Of a DNA stretch of 64,000 nt, positions 7,003 through 17,800 are shown piece after piece. The stretch spans positions 1-64,000 of IMG/VR virus record IMGVR_UViG_3300008261_000075; one strand, 5' to 3'. The first letter of the stretch is position 1. Each line of letters opens with the position of its first letter. A model generated the notes under the pieces. That model did no database searches. It was given only the letters and a program-made list of their open reading frames with translations, and was not told the origin of the DNA. A program made the position numbers and the translations under genes. This DNA is from a virus. Lineage: Duplodnaviria > Caudoviricetes.

Positions 7003-9327
7003 ATGTTTGATATTTCAAGAGCTACTACTGCAATCAATGCAACTAAAACAGTGTTACAGGCCACAGGTCCGGCCTCAAATTTATCTGGAATCGTTAAAGG
7101 TGCATTAGATAGTTTAGGTGGAATAGGCACTGCTATCAGTGGAGCACTTGGTGCGCTGACCAAAGCATTAGCATCCACTTCAGGAGTAACACTGCCGTTG
7201 CCTAACGTGTTACACAACTATGCAACTTATAACTATGTGTTGAGTTTTGGAGTTTTAGACTCAAACGAATTAAATTTTCCAGACTCAACATACAGAGCTG
7301 GCATTAGTCCTCGATTAATTTTAAAAAGTGCCAATGCTGAACCTAACAATAGAGTTCAAACACCTTATGGCAAGTTTGATTTCTTTATTTCAGAGTTATC
7401 TTTTGAAGGATTTGCAGGCAACAGTAGAAAGACTGGTAACACAAATGCAACCAACATACAATTTAAAGTTATAGAACCATATAGTATGGGTTTGTTTATG
7501 ACAAGTATGCAACAGGCAGCGTTTGAAGCAGGTCACAAAAATTTTAGAGATGCTCCTTTTATTATCATTATTGAATTTAGAGGAAACACTCAATCTGGTA
7601 TACCTGAAAAAGTAATGGGTGCTACTAGATATCTACCATTAAAGATTAGTAATATTTCTATGAATGTTACAGGCGCTGGTAGTACGTATAATGTATCTGC
7701 ATTTGCATTTAATGAACAAGCATTGAGTAATCAAGTAGCACAAGTTAAAACAGATGTAACTATTAAAGGCAAAACAGTACAAGAAGTTTTACAAACAGGT
7801 GAATACAGCCTACAAGCCGCGTTGAATAAAAGACAATCTGATATGGTAACATCAGGTATTTTGCAAGTAGCTGACCAATATTTAATATTGTTTCCAAACG
7901 ATATTGCTAGTAATGCATCAGGCGCCGCCGGCGCAGGTGACACAGAAAATGATTCGTCAGCTACCGGTGCCCCAAGCGCCGGGGGCTCTGTATTTGCAAA
8001 ATTAGGTGTTGCACAGAGTAAAATTAATGATACATTTGTGCAGGGTGATGGAGAATGTAATTCTATAGGCAAAGCAAAGATGGGATTTGATCTCGAAAGA
8101 CGCGGCACTGCCCCAATGGCAGAAATGGACGAAGTTTGGGATTCTAAAAAAGGAATTATGAATCGATCTAAGCAATCTATAGATCCTGAAATGAGTGATA
8201 TGAAGTTTCCACAAAACAGCGATATCAACAATGCAATTAATCAAGTAATACTAAACAGTGAGTTCTCTTCAAAGACATTAGATCCGGCAGCACTAAAATC
8301 AGACGGAATGAGAGACTGGTGGCGTATTGATGTTCAAACATTTTTAATTGACGACGATTCTAATTTAACAACTACTGGTGTTAAACCTAAGTTATATGTT
8401 TATAGAGTAGTACCTTACGAAGTTCATGCAAGCAGAGCAGCCCCACCTAACGTTGCTCCAACATTTGAACAGCTAAAAACACAAGCAGTTAAAGAATACA
8501 ACTACATTTATACAGGTAAAAATGTTGATGTAATTAGATTTAATATTGATTTTGTTAACGGATTTCAACAAATGATGGCAGCTGATGACGGCCGCCGAAA
8601 CATAGATGTTAGAAAGAAAGAAGATGAAGCAGTTGGACAAGAAGAAGACGGGTATGTAAAACAACCTAAAGGTGATGCGCCGCCAGCACCTGGCGCAGGA
8701 TTTCCAAGCCAAGCATCATATAGCAGAACATCTACATCATCAGACGGCAAAGGCGGCGGCGGAACAGAAACTGCAGGAGTTCGTGTTGCTAAATTGTTTC
8801 ATGATTCGTTAATTAACGGTAAAGATTTAGTTAATTTAGATATAGATATTGTGGGAGACCCGTATTGGTTAACTAGTAGTGGTATGGGAAACTATACAGC
8901 GCAATCTACTCCATACAAAAATCTCAATGCTGAAGGCAGTGTCGACTACCAAAGCAGTGAAGTTGATGTAATAGTTAATTTTAAAACGCCAATAGATATT
9001 AACCAAGCTACAGGAATGTACGATTTTGGAAGTGCAGTAACAGTGCAACAGTTTAGCGGTCTTTATAAAGTTACAACTATTAAAAATGTTTTTAAACAAG
9101 GACAGTTTACTCAAACACTAGCAGGTTTTAGAAGATACGGGCAAGAGAATCCAACTCCAGTTGACGCAAGTCGTTTAACAACAGCAACTGAAAATGTTCC
9201 GGCAGCAGAGGAGTATTCAGATGATGCACCTAACACTGATGATTGGGATCTTAGTGATGTAGGCGAAGGCCCAAGTGATGAAGAAATTGCAAAAAATAAT
9301 GCTGATCTTAAAGATTTTCCAGGATAA
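7003..9327 (+). CDS. Baseplate hub protein (gp27-like)
   Basis: IDIVGDPYWL and FSGLYKVTTIKNVFKQGQFTQTL motifs; position between gp53 and gp5. Confidence 0.65.
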   Translation: MFDISRATTAINATKTVLQATGPASNLSGIVKGALDSLGGIGTAISGALGALTKALASTSGVTLPLPNVLHNYATYNYVLSFGVLDSNELNFPDSTYRAGISPRLILKSANAEPNNRVQTPYGKFDFFISELSFEGFAGNSRKTGNTNATNIQFKVIEPYSMGLFMTSMQQAAFEAGHKNFRDAPFIIIIEFRGNTQSGIPEKVMGATRYLPLKISNISMNVTGAGSTYNVSAFAFNEQALSNQVAQVKTDVTIKGKTVQEVLQTGEYSLQAALNKRQSDMVTSGILQVADQYLILFPNDIASNASGAAGAGDTENDSSATGAPSAGGSVFAKLGVAQSKINDTFVQGDGECNSIGKAKMGFDLERRGTAPMAEMDEVWDSKKGIMNRSKQSIDPEMSDMKFPQNSDINNAINQVILNSEFSSKTLDPAALKSDGMRDWWRIDVQTFLIDDDSNLTTTGVKPKLYVYRVVPYEVHASRAAPPNVAPTFEQLKTQAVKEYNYIYTGKNVDVIRFNIDFVNGFQQMMAADDGRRNIDVRKKEDEAVGQEEDGYVKQPKGDAPPAPGAGFPSQASYSRTSTSSDGKGGGGTETAGVRVAKLFHDSLINGKDLVNLDIDIVGDPYWLTSSGMGNYTAQSTPYKNLNAEGSVDYQSSEVDVIVNFKTPIDINQATGMYDFGSAVTVQQFSGLYKVTTIKNVFKQGQFTQTLAGFRRYGQENPTPVDASRLTTATENVPAAEEYSDDAPNTDDWDLSDVGEGPSDEEIAKNNADLKDFPG

Positions 9328-9332
9328 CATAT

Positions 9333-10940
9333 ATGTCAGATTCAAGTAATGAAGCAAGGTCAGCGCAAGACAAACCAACTGGAGATACCACAGGGTTTCC
9401 CCAGTTGGCCAAGGTAGTAAGACATACTGATAATACGTATAATGGTATCCTGGATGTAGAGATTCTGCGCCCGTCAGGTAATGAAAGAACAGGCACTCAA
9501 GTACAACAGGTTAAAATGATTAGTCCGTTTTTTGGATATACTCCTCGTGATTTTGTAGGAGAAGAACCTGACTTTAACGCTACTCAAAAAAGTTACGGTA
9601 TGTGGATGGTGCCACCTGATGTAGGTACAATGGTTGTTGTAATTTTTATCAATGGTGATCCTAAGAATGGCTATTGGCTTGGATCTATTATTGGTCCTGA
9701 TGTTAATTTTATGGTACCTGGTATGGCCGCCACCGGCTTTGCGCTTGAGGATTCTAAACTAACAGACAAGGAACGAGTACCAACAGCCGAACTTAACAAG
9801 AAGTTAAACGAAGCACCTATGGTAGATTCAACAAAAATCTTAAAACCAGCGCACCCTATTGAGGCTACGTTTAATCAGCAAGGATTACTAGAAGACGATA
9901 TTAGAGGTATTACTACTAGCTCAGCCCGTCGCGAAGTTCCTAGCATGGTGTTTGGTATAAGCACCCCGGGACCGTTAGACAAACAAGAAGGCGCTCCCCG
10001 TAATAAAATTGGTCTAAAAAATAAAGAAGCATTAGTTCCGTCTAGTAGATTAGGCGGCACAACTTTTGTTATGGACGACGGAGACGACAAGTTTATTAGA
10101 AAGAAAACTCCATCTGAAGGGCCTCCTGATTATCTCAGCATTGAACAAGAAGCCGCAGATCAAATTGCTGAAGCTGAAGTTACTATTCCTCACAATGAAT
10201 TGATGAGAATTCGCACCAGAACAGGTCATCAAATTCTGTTGCACAACTCAGAAGACTTAATTTATATTAGTAATGCAAAAGGAACAGCATGGATAGAATT
10301 TTCTAGTGATGGTAAAATTGATATCTTTGCAGAAGACAGTGTTAGTATTCGAACTAAACAAGACTTTAATTTTTATGCAGATAGAGATATAAATTTTGAA
10401 GCTAAAAGAAATGTTAATTTAAAATCTGGAGAAAGATTTCAATGTGACGTTGTTGGCAACTATAATCTAGTAGTGCAAGGCAATGGTAAAGTAACTACAA
10501 CTGGAACTTTAGATGTTAATACAGGTAGTACAAATAAATTTACATCTGGCGGCGATACTCATATCAAAGCCGCTAACACTGCAATAGACGGTGGCAACAT
10601 TAATTTTAATTCAGGAATAGCTACTGTAGCAACTACTGCATCACTATTAGCTACTCACAACATTAAAGACATTGAATTAGATGCCGAAGCAGAAGTAGTT
10701 TCTTACAAATTAGCAGACACTCCTATAACAAGTATTTTGAAACGTATACCAACACATGAGCCGTGGCCACATCATGAGAATTTAGATCCTTTAGAAGTTA
10801 AGTTTGAAAAAACTGATAGGGAAGTAGCAGCCGCAATTCCTGAACCAGAGTGGTATAAAAAGTATACTACTATAACAGATACATTTGCTAAGATTGCCGG
10901 CGAAGAAGAAGAACCCCCAGAAGAAGAGGAAGAATTTTAA
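9333..10940 (+). CDS. Baseplate central spike (gp5/VgrG-like)
   Basis: OB-fold motif YGMWMVPPDVGTMVVVIF; RTRTGHQILLH beta-helix region; C-terminal PTHEPWPHHE. Confidence 0.8.
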   Translation: MSDSSNEARSAQDKPTGDTTGFPQLAKVVRHTDNTYNGILDVEILRPSGNERTGTQVQQVKMISPFFGYTPRDFVGEEPDFNATQKSYGMWMVPPDVGTMVVVIFINGDPKNGYWLGSIIGPDVNFMVPGMAATGFALEDSKLTDKERVPTAELNKKLNEAPMVDSTKILKPAHPIEATFNQQGLLEDDIRGITTSSARREVPSMVFGISTPGPLDKQEGAPRNKIGLKNKEALVPSSRLGGTTFVMDDGDDKFIRKKTPSEGPPDYLSIEQEAADQIAEAEVTIPHNELMRIRTRTGHQILLHNSEDLIYISNAKGTAWIEFSSDGKIDIFAEDSVSIRTKQDFNFYADRDINFEAKRNVNLKSGERFQCDVVGNYNLVVQGNGKVTTTGTLDVNTGSTNKFTSGGDTHIKAANTAIDGGNINFNSGIATVATTASLLATHNIKDIELDAEAEVVSYKLADTPITSILKRIPTHEPWPHHENLDPLEVKFEKTDREVAAAIPEPEWYKKYTTITDTFAKIAGEEEEPPEEEEEF

Positions 10941-11384
10941 ATGAGCTCAAATTCTAATTTATACAATAAAATAGTATTAACTGCACCTAGGCAAGAAAGC
11001 CCGTTGCCTCCTAAAACATACAAAGGTTTTAGTTCAATTAGCCCTGATAGCGAAAATTTTAACCTATTTGATCTTCAGTTAATCCGCCAAGATTTAATTA
11101 ATCATTTCCATGTTAGGCAGGGTGAAAGACTGATGAATCCTAGATTTGGAACTATCATATGGGATGTGTTATTTGAGCCGTTGACTGAAGAATTAAAGCA
11201 ATTAATTACTGCCAATGTAACAGATATAGTAAATTTTGATCCTCGTATTGTAGCTGACAATGTAGTGGTTAGTCAGTACGAAAGTGGCATTCAAATTGAA
11301 TGTCAATTAACATATTTGCCCTACAATGTGGCGCAGGGTATGCGATTACGATTCGATCAAGAAAATGGCCTGCTGGCTGAATAA
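10941..11384 (+). CDS. gp25: Baseplate wedge subunit gp25
   Basis: DLINHF..RQGERLMNPRFGT..W..LFEP, FDPRI. Confidence 0.9.
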   Translation: MSSNSNLYNKIVLTAPRQESPLPPKTYKGFSSISPDSENFNLFDLQLIRQDLINHFHVRQGERLMNPRFGTIIWDVLFEPLTEELKQLITANVTDIVNFDPRIVADNVVVSQYESGIQIECQLTYLPYNVAQGMRLRFDQENGLLAE

Positions 11385-11405
11385 CTACCCTGATAATTTT
11401 AACCA

Positions 11406-11412
11406 ATAAATA
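11406..11412 (+). promoter_or_regulatory. Late promoter
   Basis: ATAAATA 18 nt upstream of the gp6 ATG, with AGGA RBS. Confidence 0.7.
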
Positions 11413-11430
11413 CAAGATATAGGATAAATC

Positions 11431-14400
11431 ATGAGTGCAACAGATAGACAAAATAGACTTCTTGTAGCAGAAGACTGGAAGAAAATTTATCAAACCTTCC
11501 GCAATGCAGACTTTCAAAGTTACGATTTTGAGAATCTGCGTCGCACTATGATCAATTATATCCGCCAGAATTACCCTGAAGATTTTAACGATTACATCGA
11601 GTCCAGCGAATACCTTGCCCTAATTGATCTTATTGCGTTCTTGGGCCAAAGCATAGCTTTCCGTGTTGACCTCAATGCTCGTGAAAACTTCTTAGAATTA
11701 GCAGAACGCCGTGAATCAGTGCTACGTCTAGCACGTATGTTAAGCTACAACGCCAAACGAAATGTGCCTGCTAACGGACTATTAAAGTTTACAACGGTAC
11801 AAACAACTCAAAATATTATTGACAGCAACGGCCGTAATATTGCTAACCAAGCAATAGTGTGGAATGATCCTGCTAATCCTGGTTGGTACGATCAATTTAT
11901 TCGTGTAATTAATGCGGCTATTCCTGCAACTAGACAATTTGGCAATCCAGATGACAAGGCAACAATATACGGCATTCCTACAGAACAGTATAGATTCCAA
12001 GCAGTTAATTCAGATGTTCCTGTTTATAGCTTTACTAAAACAATAGACGGCCGCGCAATGAATTTTGAAATAGTCAGTACTGTGTTTAACGGCCAAGACT
12101 ACATTTACGAAGAAGCTCCTAAAGTTGGCAATAGACTAGCATTTTTATATAGAGATGACGGCAAAGGTGCACCTAGTTCAGGGTCTGGTTTCTTCTTACA
12201 TTTCCGTCAAGGAACTTTAAACACCGGCGCATTTGGAATAACTCAACCAAGCAATAACGAATCAGTAGATATTGATGCAACTAACATTAATAACGATGAT
12301 GTTTGGTTATACCGTTTAGATAAGGATGGAGTTGAAACAGAAGCATGGGATAAAGTACCTAGCTTTGAAGGCAACAATATTATCTATAATAGTTTAAAGA
12401 AAAATATTAGAAATATCTACGGAGTAGTTACTCGAGCAGGCGACCGCGTGAGCTTAGTGTTTAGTGATGGTACGTTTGGTAATGTACCATTAGGTACATT
12501 CCGCGCATATTACAGAACTAGTAACGGAATCTCATATACTATTAATCCTAAAGATATGAGAGGTATTACTATAACTGTTCCTTATGTTTCTAACATTGGA
12601 CAATTAGAAACTCTTAGTATTACTATGAGCCTTGGTTCTGGTGTCAGTAATGCCGCACCTGCAGAATCAAATACTAGTATTAAAATTAAAGCCCCGCAAA
12701 ACTACTATACTCAAAATCGTATGATTACAGGCGAGGACTATAATATTAGTCCACTGGCGTCGAGTCAAGAAGTTGCAAAAATTAAATCAGTTAATAGAAG
12801 TAGCAGTGGTATCAGCAGATATTTTGATCTAGTAGATCCAACTGGCAAGTATAGTTCAACTAATTTATTTGCAGATGACGGAGTATTATATCAAGAAGAA
12901 TATGTCGATAAAATTAGATTTAGTTATGCTAATAAAACAGACATAGAAGGTATTATCTACAACGATATTTTTGATATTATTAAAAAATCTAGTTTGAGAA
13001 ATTATTATTATAATCGATTTATCAAACTGGCAGCATCTAGTTTAAACATTAGTTGGTTTAATGTTACTTCTGATACTGGAATGAGCACAGGGTATATAGG
13101 TGATGCATTATTAAAGACTACCTATAAAGTGGGACAGTTTACTGCTACAGATTTAAAATATGTCGAAGCAGGTAGTTTAATTAAGTTTATTGCGCCCGCA
13201 GGATTTTATTTTGATACTACAAATAATAATGCTCTAATACAAGGAAACGCCACAGCATACGGGTCAACAACATACATATGGGCAGAAATTGTTTCAGTCA
13301 GCGGGGACGGCACTGCTAACGGCACAGGCGTATTAAGCACAGGGCTTGGACCTATTGTAATTAATGAAATCATCCCAGGTGATGATAATGTATCGCCGCT
13401 GATTAACCAAATTATTCCTAAATGGCGCACTGTTATTGATAATAGTGTTGTAACATCAATTATAGATTTAATATTTGCTAACAAGCCGTTTGGCTTAAGA
13501 TACGACACTACTACTAAATCATGGCAGATTATATTTGAAAGCAATCTTGACAGTAAGAATTCTTTTAGTTTAGGTAAGCAAGGCGATGTTTCTAATCAAC
13601 AATTAGATTCAAGCTGGTTATTACTATTCACAACAGACAACGAATTTTATACTGTAACTAGTCGAGAACTACGTTATATTTTTGAAAGTGACGAACAGAT
13701 TAGATTCTACTTTGATAGTACAAACAAGATTTATGACAGCAAGTCAAATGCCATTGTTAAAGATAACATTAAAGTATTAAGCATTAATAGATTACCTAGT
13801 GCAACACAGGCATACACTAGTGATCAATCATGGGACATTGTTTCGGAGTTTAGGGGAGTTGACGGATATATCGATAATAAAAAGATTTTAGTAACGTTTT
13901 CAGATCCCGACGACAACGGAGTAGTTGACGATCCAGACACGTTTGCTAATATAGTCGGCCCAACTATTGGCAACCCACTGACAAAATATATTATTCTTGA
14001 AAAATACGATGTTGCCCAAGGTCAACAAGATTATCGATACATTGATAATTCTACAGAGATAGTAAAAATATTAAACAGCGAAAAGGATATTGTAACATTT
14101 CTTAATTATGTTAATGGTCAGTACTTTTATTTTATAGATACTAACTTAGTTAAAAAACTTAATCTGGCTACGGCAACATTGATTAATAGCCTAGACTATA
14201 AAGTATTTTTAGGCAGAGACAAATTAAAATTTCAATATATTCATAATGCAGATTATGAATCAAGAATTGATCCTGGATCAAGTAATATTATAGATGTCTT
14301 TATTTTATCAAAGACCTATGACACTCAATTTAGGCAATTTCTAAACGGTAGTAGAAAATCTGCTCCTTTACCTCCTAGTAGCGATGCGTTGTACAATACA

Positions 14401-14889
14401 CTTTCTCCGTCTTTAAATGCGATTAAGTCTATTAGTGATGAAATTATCTATCATCCTGTAAGGTATAAATTATTGTTTGGCGCGGCAGCATCTGCAGAAG
14501 TTCAGGCAACATTTAAAGCAGTAAAGAATAGCAAACAAGTTATTTCTGATAACGACATCAAAGCACAAATATTGACAGCAATAAATCAATTTTTTGTTTT
14601 AGAAAATTGGGATTTTGGAGATACATTTTACTTCTCAGAGTTGGCCACATACGTAATGAATCAACTTGCGCCCAACATTACAAACTTTGTAATTGTTCCT
14701 AAAGCAAACGGTTTAAATTTTGGTAGCTTGTTTGAAATAAAAGCAAACTCTGATGAATTGTTTATTAACGGTGCTACTGTTGACGATATAGAAGTAATTT
14801 CAGGTATTACAGCAAGTACAATTAAAGCAACTAGTGCAACTAGTGTTAGCAGTAATGTTGTATCACAACAAACTATTACAAGTAATTAA
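11431..14889 (+). CDS. gp6: Baseplate wedge subunit gp6-like
   Basis: DFQSYDFE.LR, ENFLELAERRESVLRLARMLSYN, FSDGTFG, YYTQNRMITGEDY. Confidence 0.85.
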   Translation: MSATDRQNRLLVAEDWKKIYQTFRNADFQSYDFENLRRTMINYIRQNYPEDFNDYIESSEYLALIDLIAFLGQSIAFRVDLNARENFLELAERRESVLRLARMLSYNAKRNVPANGLLKFTTVQTTQNIIDSNGRNIANQAIVWNDPANPGWYDQFIRVINAAIPATRQFGNPDDKATIYGIPTEQYRFQAVNSDVPVYSFTKTIDGRAMNFEIVSTVFNGQDYIYEEAPKVGNRLAFLYRDDGKGAPSSGSGFFLHFRQGTLNTGAFGITQPSNNESVDIDATNINNDDVWLYRLDKDGVETEAWDKVPSFEGNNIIYNSLKKNIRNIYGVVTRAGDRVSLVFSDGTFGNVPLGTFRAYYRTSNGISYTINPKDMRGITITVPYVSNIGQLETLSITMSLGSGVSNAAPAESNTSIKIKAPQNYYTQNRMITGEDYNISPLASSQEVAKIKSVNRSSSGISRYFDLVDPTGKYSSTNLFADDGVLYQEEYVDKIRFSYANKTDIEGIIYNDIFDIIKKSSLRNYYYNRFIKLAASSLNISWFNVTSDTGMSTGYIGDALLKTTYKVGQFTATDLKYVEAGSLIKFIAPAGFYFDTTNNNALIQGNATAYGSTTYIWAEIVSVSGDGTANGTGVLSTGLGPIVINEIIPGDDNVSPLINQIIPKWRTVIDNSVVTSIIDLIFANKPFGLRYDTTTKSWQIIFESNLDSKNSFSLGKQGDVSNQQLDSSWLLLFTTDNEFYTVTSRELRYIFESDEQIRFYFDSTNKIYDSKSNAIVKDNIKVLSINRLPSATQAYTSDQSWDIVSEFRGVDGYIDNKKILVTFSDPDDNGVVDDPDTFANIVGPTIGNPLTKYIILEKYDVAQGQQDYRYIDNSTEIVKILNSEKDIVTFLNYVNGQYFYFIDTNLVKKLNLATATLINSLDYKVFLGRDKLKFQYIHNADYESRIDPGSSNIIDVFILSKTYDTQFRQFLNGSRKSAPLPPSSDALYNTLSPSLNAIKSISDEIIYHPVRYKLLFGAAASAEVQATFKAVKNSKQVISDNDIKAQILTAINQFFVLENWDFGDTFYFSELATYVMNQLAPNITNFVIVPKANGLNFGSLFEIKANSDELFINGATVDDIEVISGITASTIKATSATSVSSNVVSQQTITSN

Positions 14890-14898
14890 GAGAAAAGA

Positions 14899-17800
14899 AT
14901 GGCAGATAAAACTAATCCAACTGACGGCGGCATCTCAAATTTCCTTCCGCGTTTTTACAGAACAGACGCCAATAAAAAGTTCCTACAAGCAACAATTGAA
15001 CAATTGGTCAAACCCGGCACGGTTAAAAAGATTAATGGTTATGTTGGTAGAAAAAACGCAAAAGCTGCCGTAGGCGAAGATATTTTCGTAGCAGCCCCAA
15101 CAGTTGACAGACAAAATTATCAGCTAGAACCTAGTATAACAATTGACGATGCGCTGGGCAATACTACTTTCTTTAAAGATTATCAAGATTACATTAACCA
15201 ATTAAATGTATTTGGTGCCAACGTTAAGAATCATAGTAGACTAAACGAGCAAGAGTTTTATTCTTGGGATCCACATATTGATTGGGATAAGTTTGTAAAT
15301 TTTCAACAGTACTATTGGTTGCCCTATGGGCCTGATCCAATAACAATTTTTGGCCAGCAGAAAAAGATTAACAGTACGTTTACTGTCGAAATTGATATTG
15401 AATTAGATGACAAGAGTTTCTTGTTTACTCCAAACGGACTAACACGTAATCCAACTATAAAATTATTTAGAGGTCAAACTTATAAATTTGAAGTTAACTC
15501 ACCTGGAGAACCTTTTAGTATTAAAACTAGACGAGTTGGCGGCAGCGATGACAGATATGCTGAATTAAACCACATTGATAATTTTGCAGTGGAAAAAGGT
15601 GTAGTAACTTTTGTAGTACCTGAAGATGCTCCTGACGTATTATTTTATGTTAGCGAAACAAATATCGACATGGGCGGTGTGTTTCAAATTTTAGATATTA
15701 AAGACAACACTGAGATTAATGTTGAAGAACAGTTAATTGGTAAAAGAGATTATACATTAGCAAATGGAACTAAACTTAGTAACGGTATGAAAATATCGTT
15801 TGGTGGAAACGTTCTTCCTGCTGAGTATGCTAAAGACCAATATTATGTTGAAGGGGTTGGCACTGCAATTAAATTAGTTGCTGAATCTTCATTAGCGTTA
15901 ATTACTCCATACAGCGAAGAAATAAATGTACTTTTTGATGACACAAAGTTTGACGAATTGCCGTTTAATACTGCAACAGTTTATTCAGGGCAAGTTGATT
16001 ATATTGCAATTAACAGAGCAAGTAGAGATAAAAACCCGTGGAGTCGTTACAACAAATGGTTCCATCAAGATGTAATCAATAAGAGTGCCGCGTATAATGG
16101 CAAAATAGCCGACTTAAATCAAAACATTCGAGCAGTTAGACCTATCATTGAATTTAATGCAGATTTAAAATTATACAACTTTGGTCTTGATGCTGCCCCA
16201 GATGTTGACTTAATTGACACATACACTACAGATGTGTTTTCTACAATTGAAGGTGCGTTAGGATATAATATTGACGGTGTTCCATTAGTAAACGGACATA
16301 AGATTTTATTCACCGCTGATAATGATATTTTAGTTAAAAATAAAACCTTCCAAGTTAAGTTTATTGAAGTACAAGATAGTATTAAACAGACTCGTGTTCG
16401 TCAGCTTCACTTAGTTGAAATAAACACACCACTTGACAATCAAGTAGTAGTTATTCGATCAGGCGAAAGCAACAAAGGTACAATGCGTTGGTTTAACGGG
16501 TCTGATTGGTTAGTAGCACAAAATAAAACCAGTTTAAATCAGCCACCACTATTTGATATAGTTGATGAAAATGGAAATTCTTTTGCAGATAAAACGGTGT
16601 ATGACGGATCTACGTTTGCTGGAACTAAAATTTTTAGTTACAAACCAGGGTCAGGGTCTAATGATACGTATTTGAACTTTCCACTTTCATATAGAAATAT
16701 CAACAACGTTGGCGATATTGTTTTTAATTTTGATGTTGTTGGTAATGTATTCCAGTACAAAGACGTAGAAAAAATCTTAGAAAAGAACGTAAGTACAGGT
16801 TTCTTTGTTAAATCAAAAGGCAACAACACAGTTGCATATGAAAACGGCTGGCAAAAAAGTGTTATTAATTTTACATATCAGCCTGCCTTACGAATTTACA
16901 AAAATTCAAATCAAATCAATAATTTTGATCTAGATATTTTTGACGACAAACATAACCTTACTGATCTTGAAGTACGAATTTATGTCAACGGTATTCGTTT
17001 AGATAAATCAAAATGGTCAATGGTAGACGGTGCAGTCTATAAAAAAATTCAGTTAGTATCAAATATTTCAACCAACGATATTTTAACAATCAAGGCGTTT
17101 GCAAGCCAGCCCATTAACGCAAACGGATTTTATGAAATTCCATTTAACTTACAGAACAATCCGTTAAACTCGGCCATTGGCGATTTTACATTAGGTGAAG
17201 TAATTGACCATGTCAACTCAATAATTGACAACTTACAAACATTTGAAGGACAATATCCTGGATCTAATAATCTTAGAGACTTAGGTAATACTACTGTCTT
17301 TGGTACAAAGTTTGTGCAACACAGTGGCCCAATGAGTTTGGCATTGTATCATATTACTAATCCTAATAGTAATGTTATACGAGCAATTGAAAAATCTAGA
17401 GACGAGTATGGTCAGTTTAAACGTAATTTCCTTTCTGTAGCATTGGGATTAGGTATTGATACTGATACTAAGCAACACGTAGATTTAGTTTTACAAGAGC
17501 TTAACAAAGATAAACCTAAAAAAGCAGCCTATTATTTCAGTGATATGGTCCCGTATGGCAGTGCAGTTAAAAATGAATACACTGTAATTGACTATAGAAT
17601 ATTAACATATCCTCTAACTCAAGTATTTGATCTAGACATGCTATCAAACAGAGCAGTTGGAGTTTACTTAAACGGTGTACAACTAGTTTACGGAATACAG
17701 TATGAGTTTGACAGTCAGGGATTTGTTAGAATTATTACTACAATGCAAGACGGTGATTTAATCACAATTTATGAATATGATAATACTGACGGATCGTTCG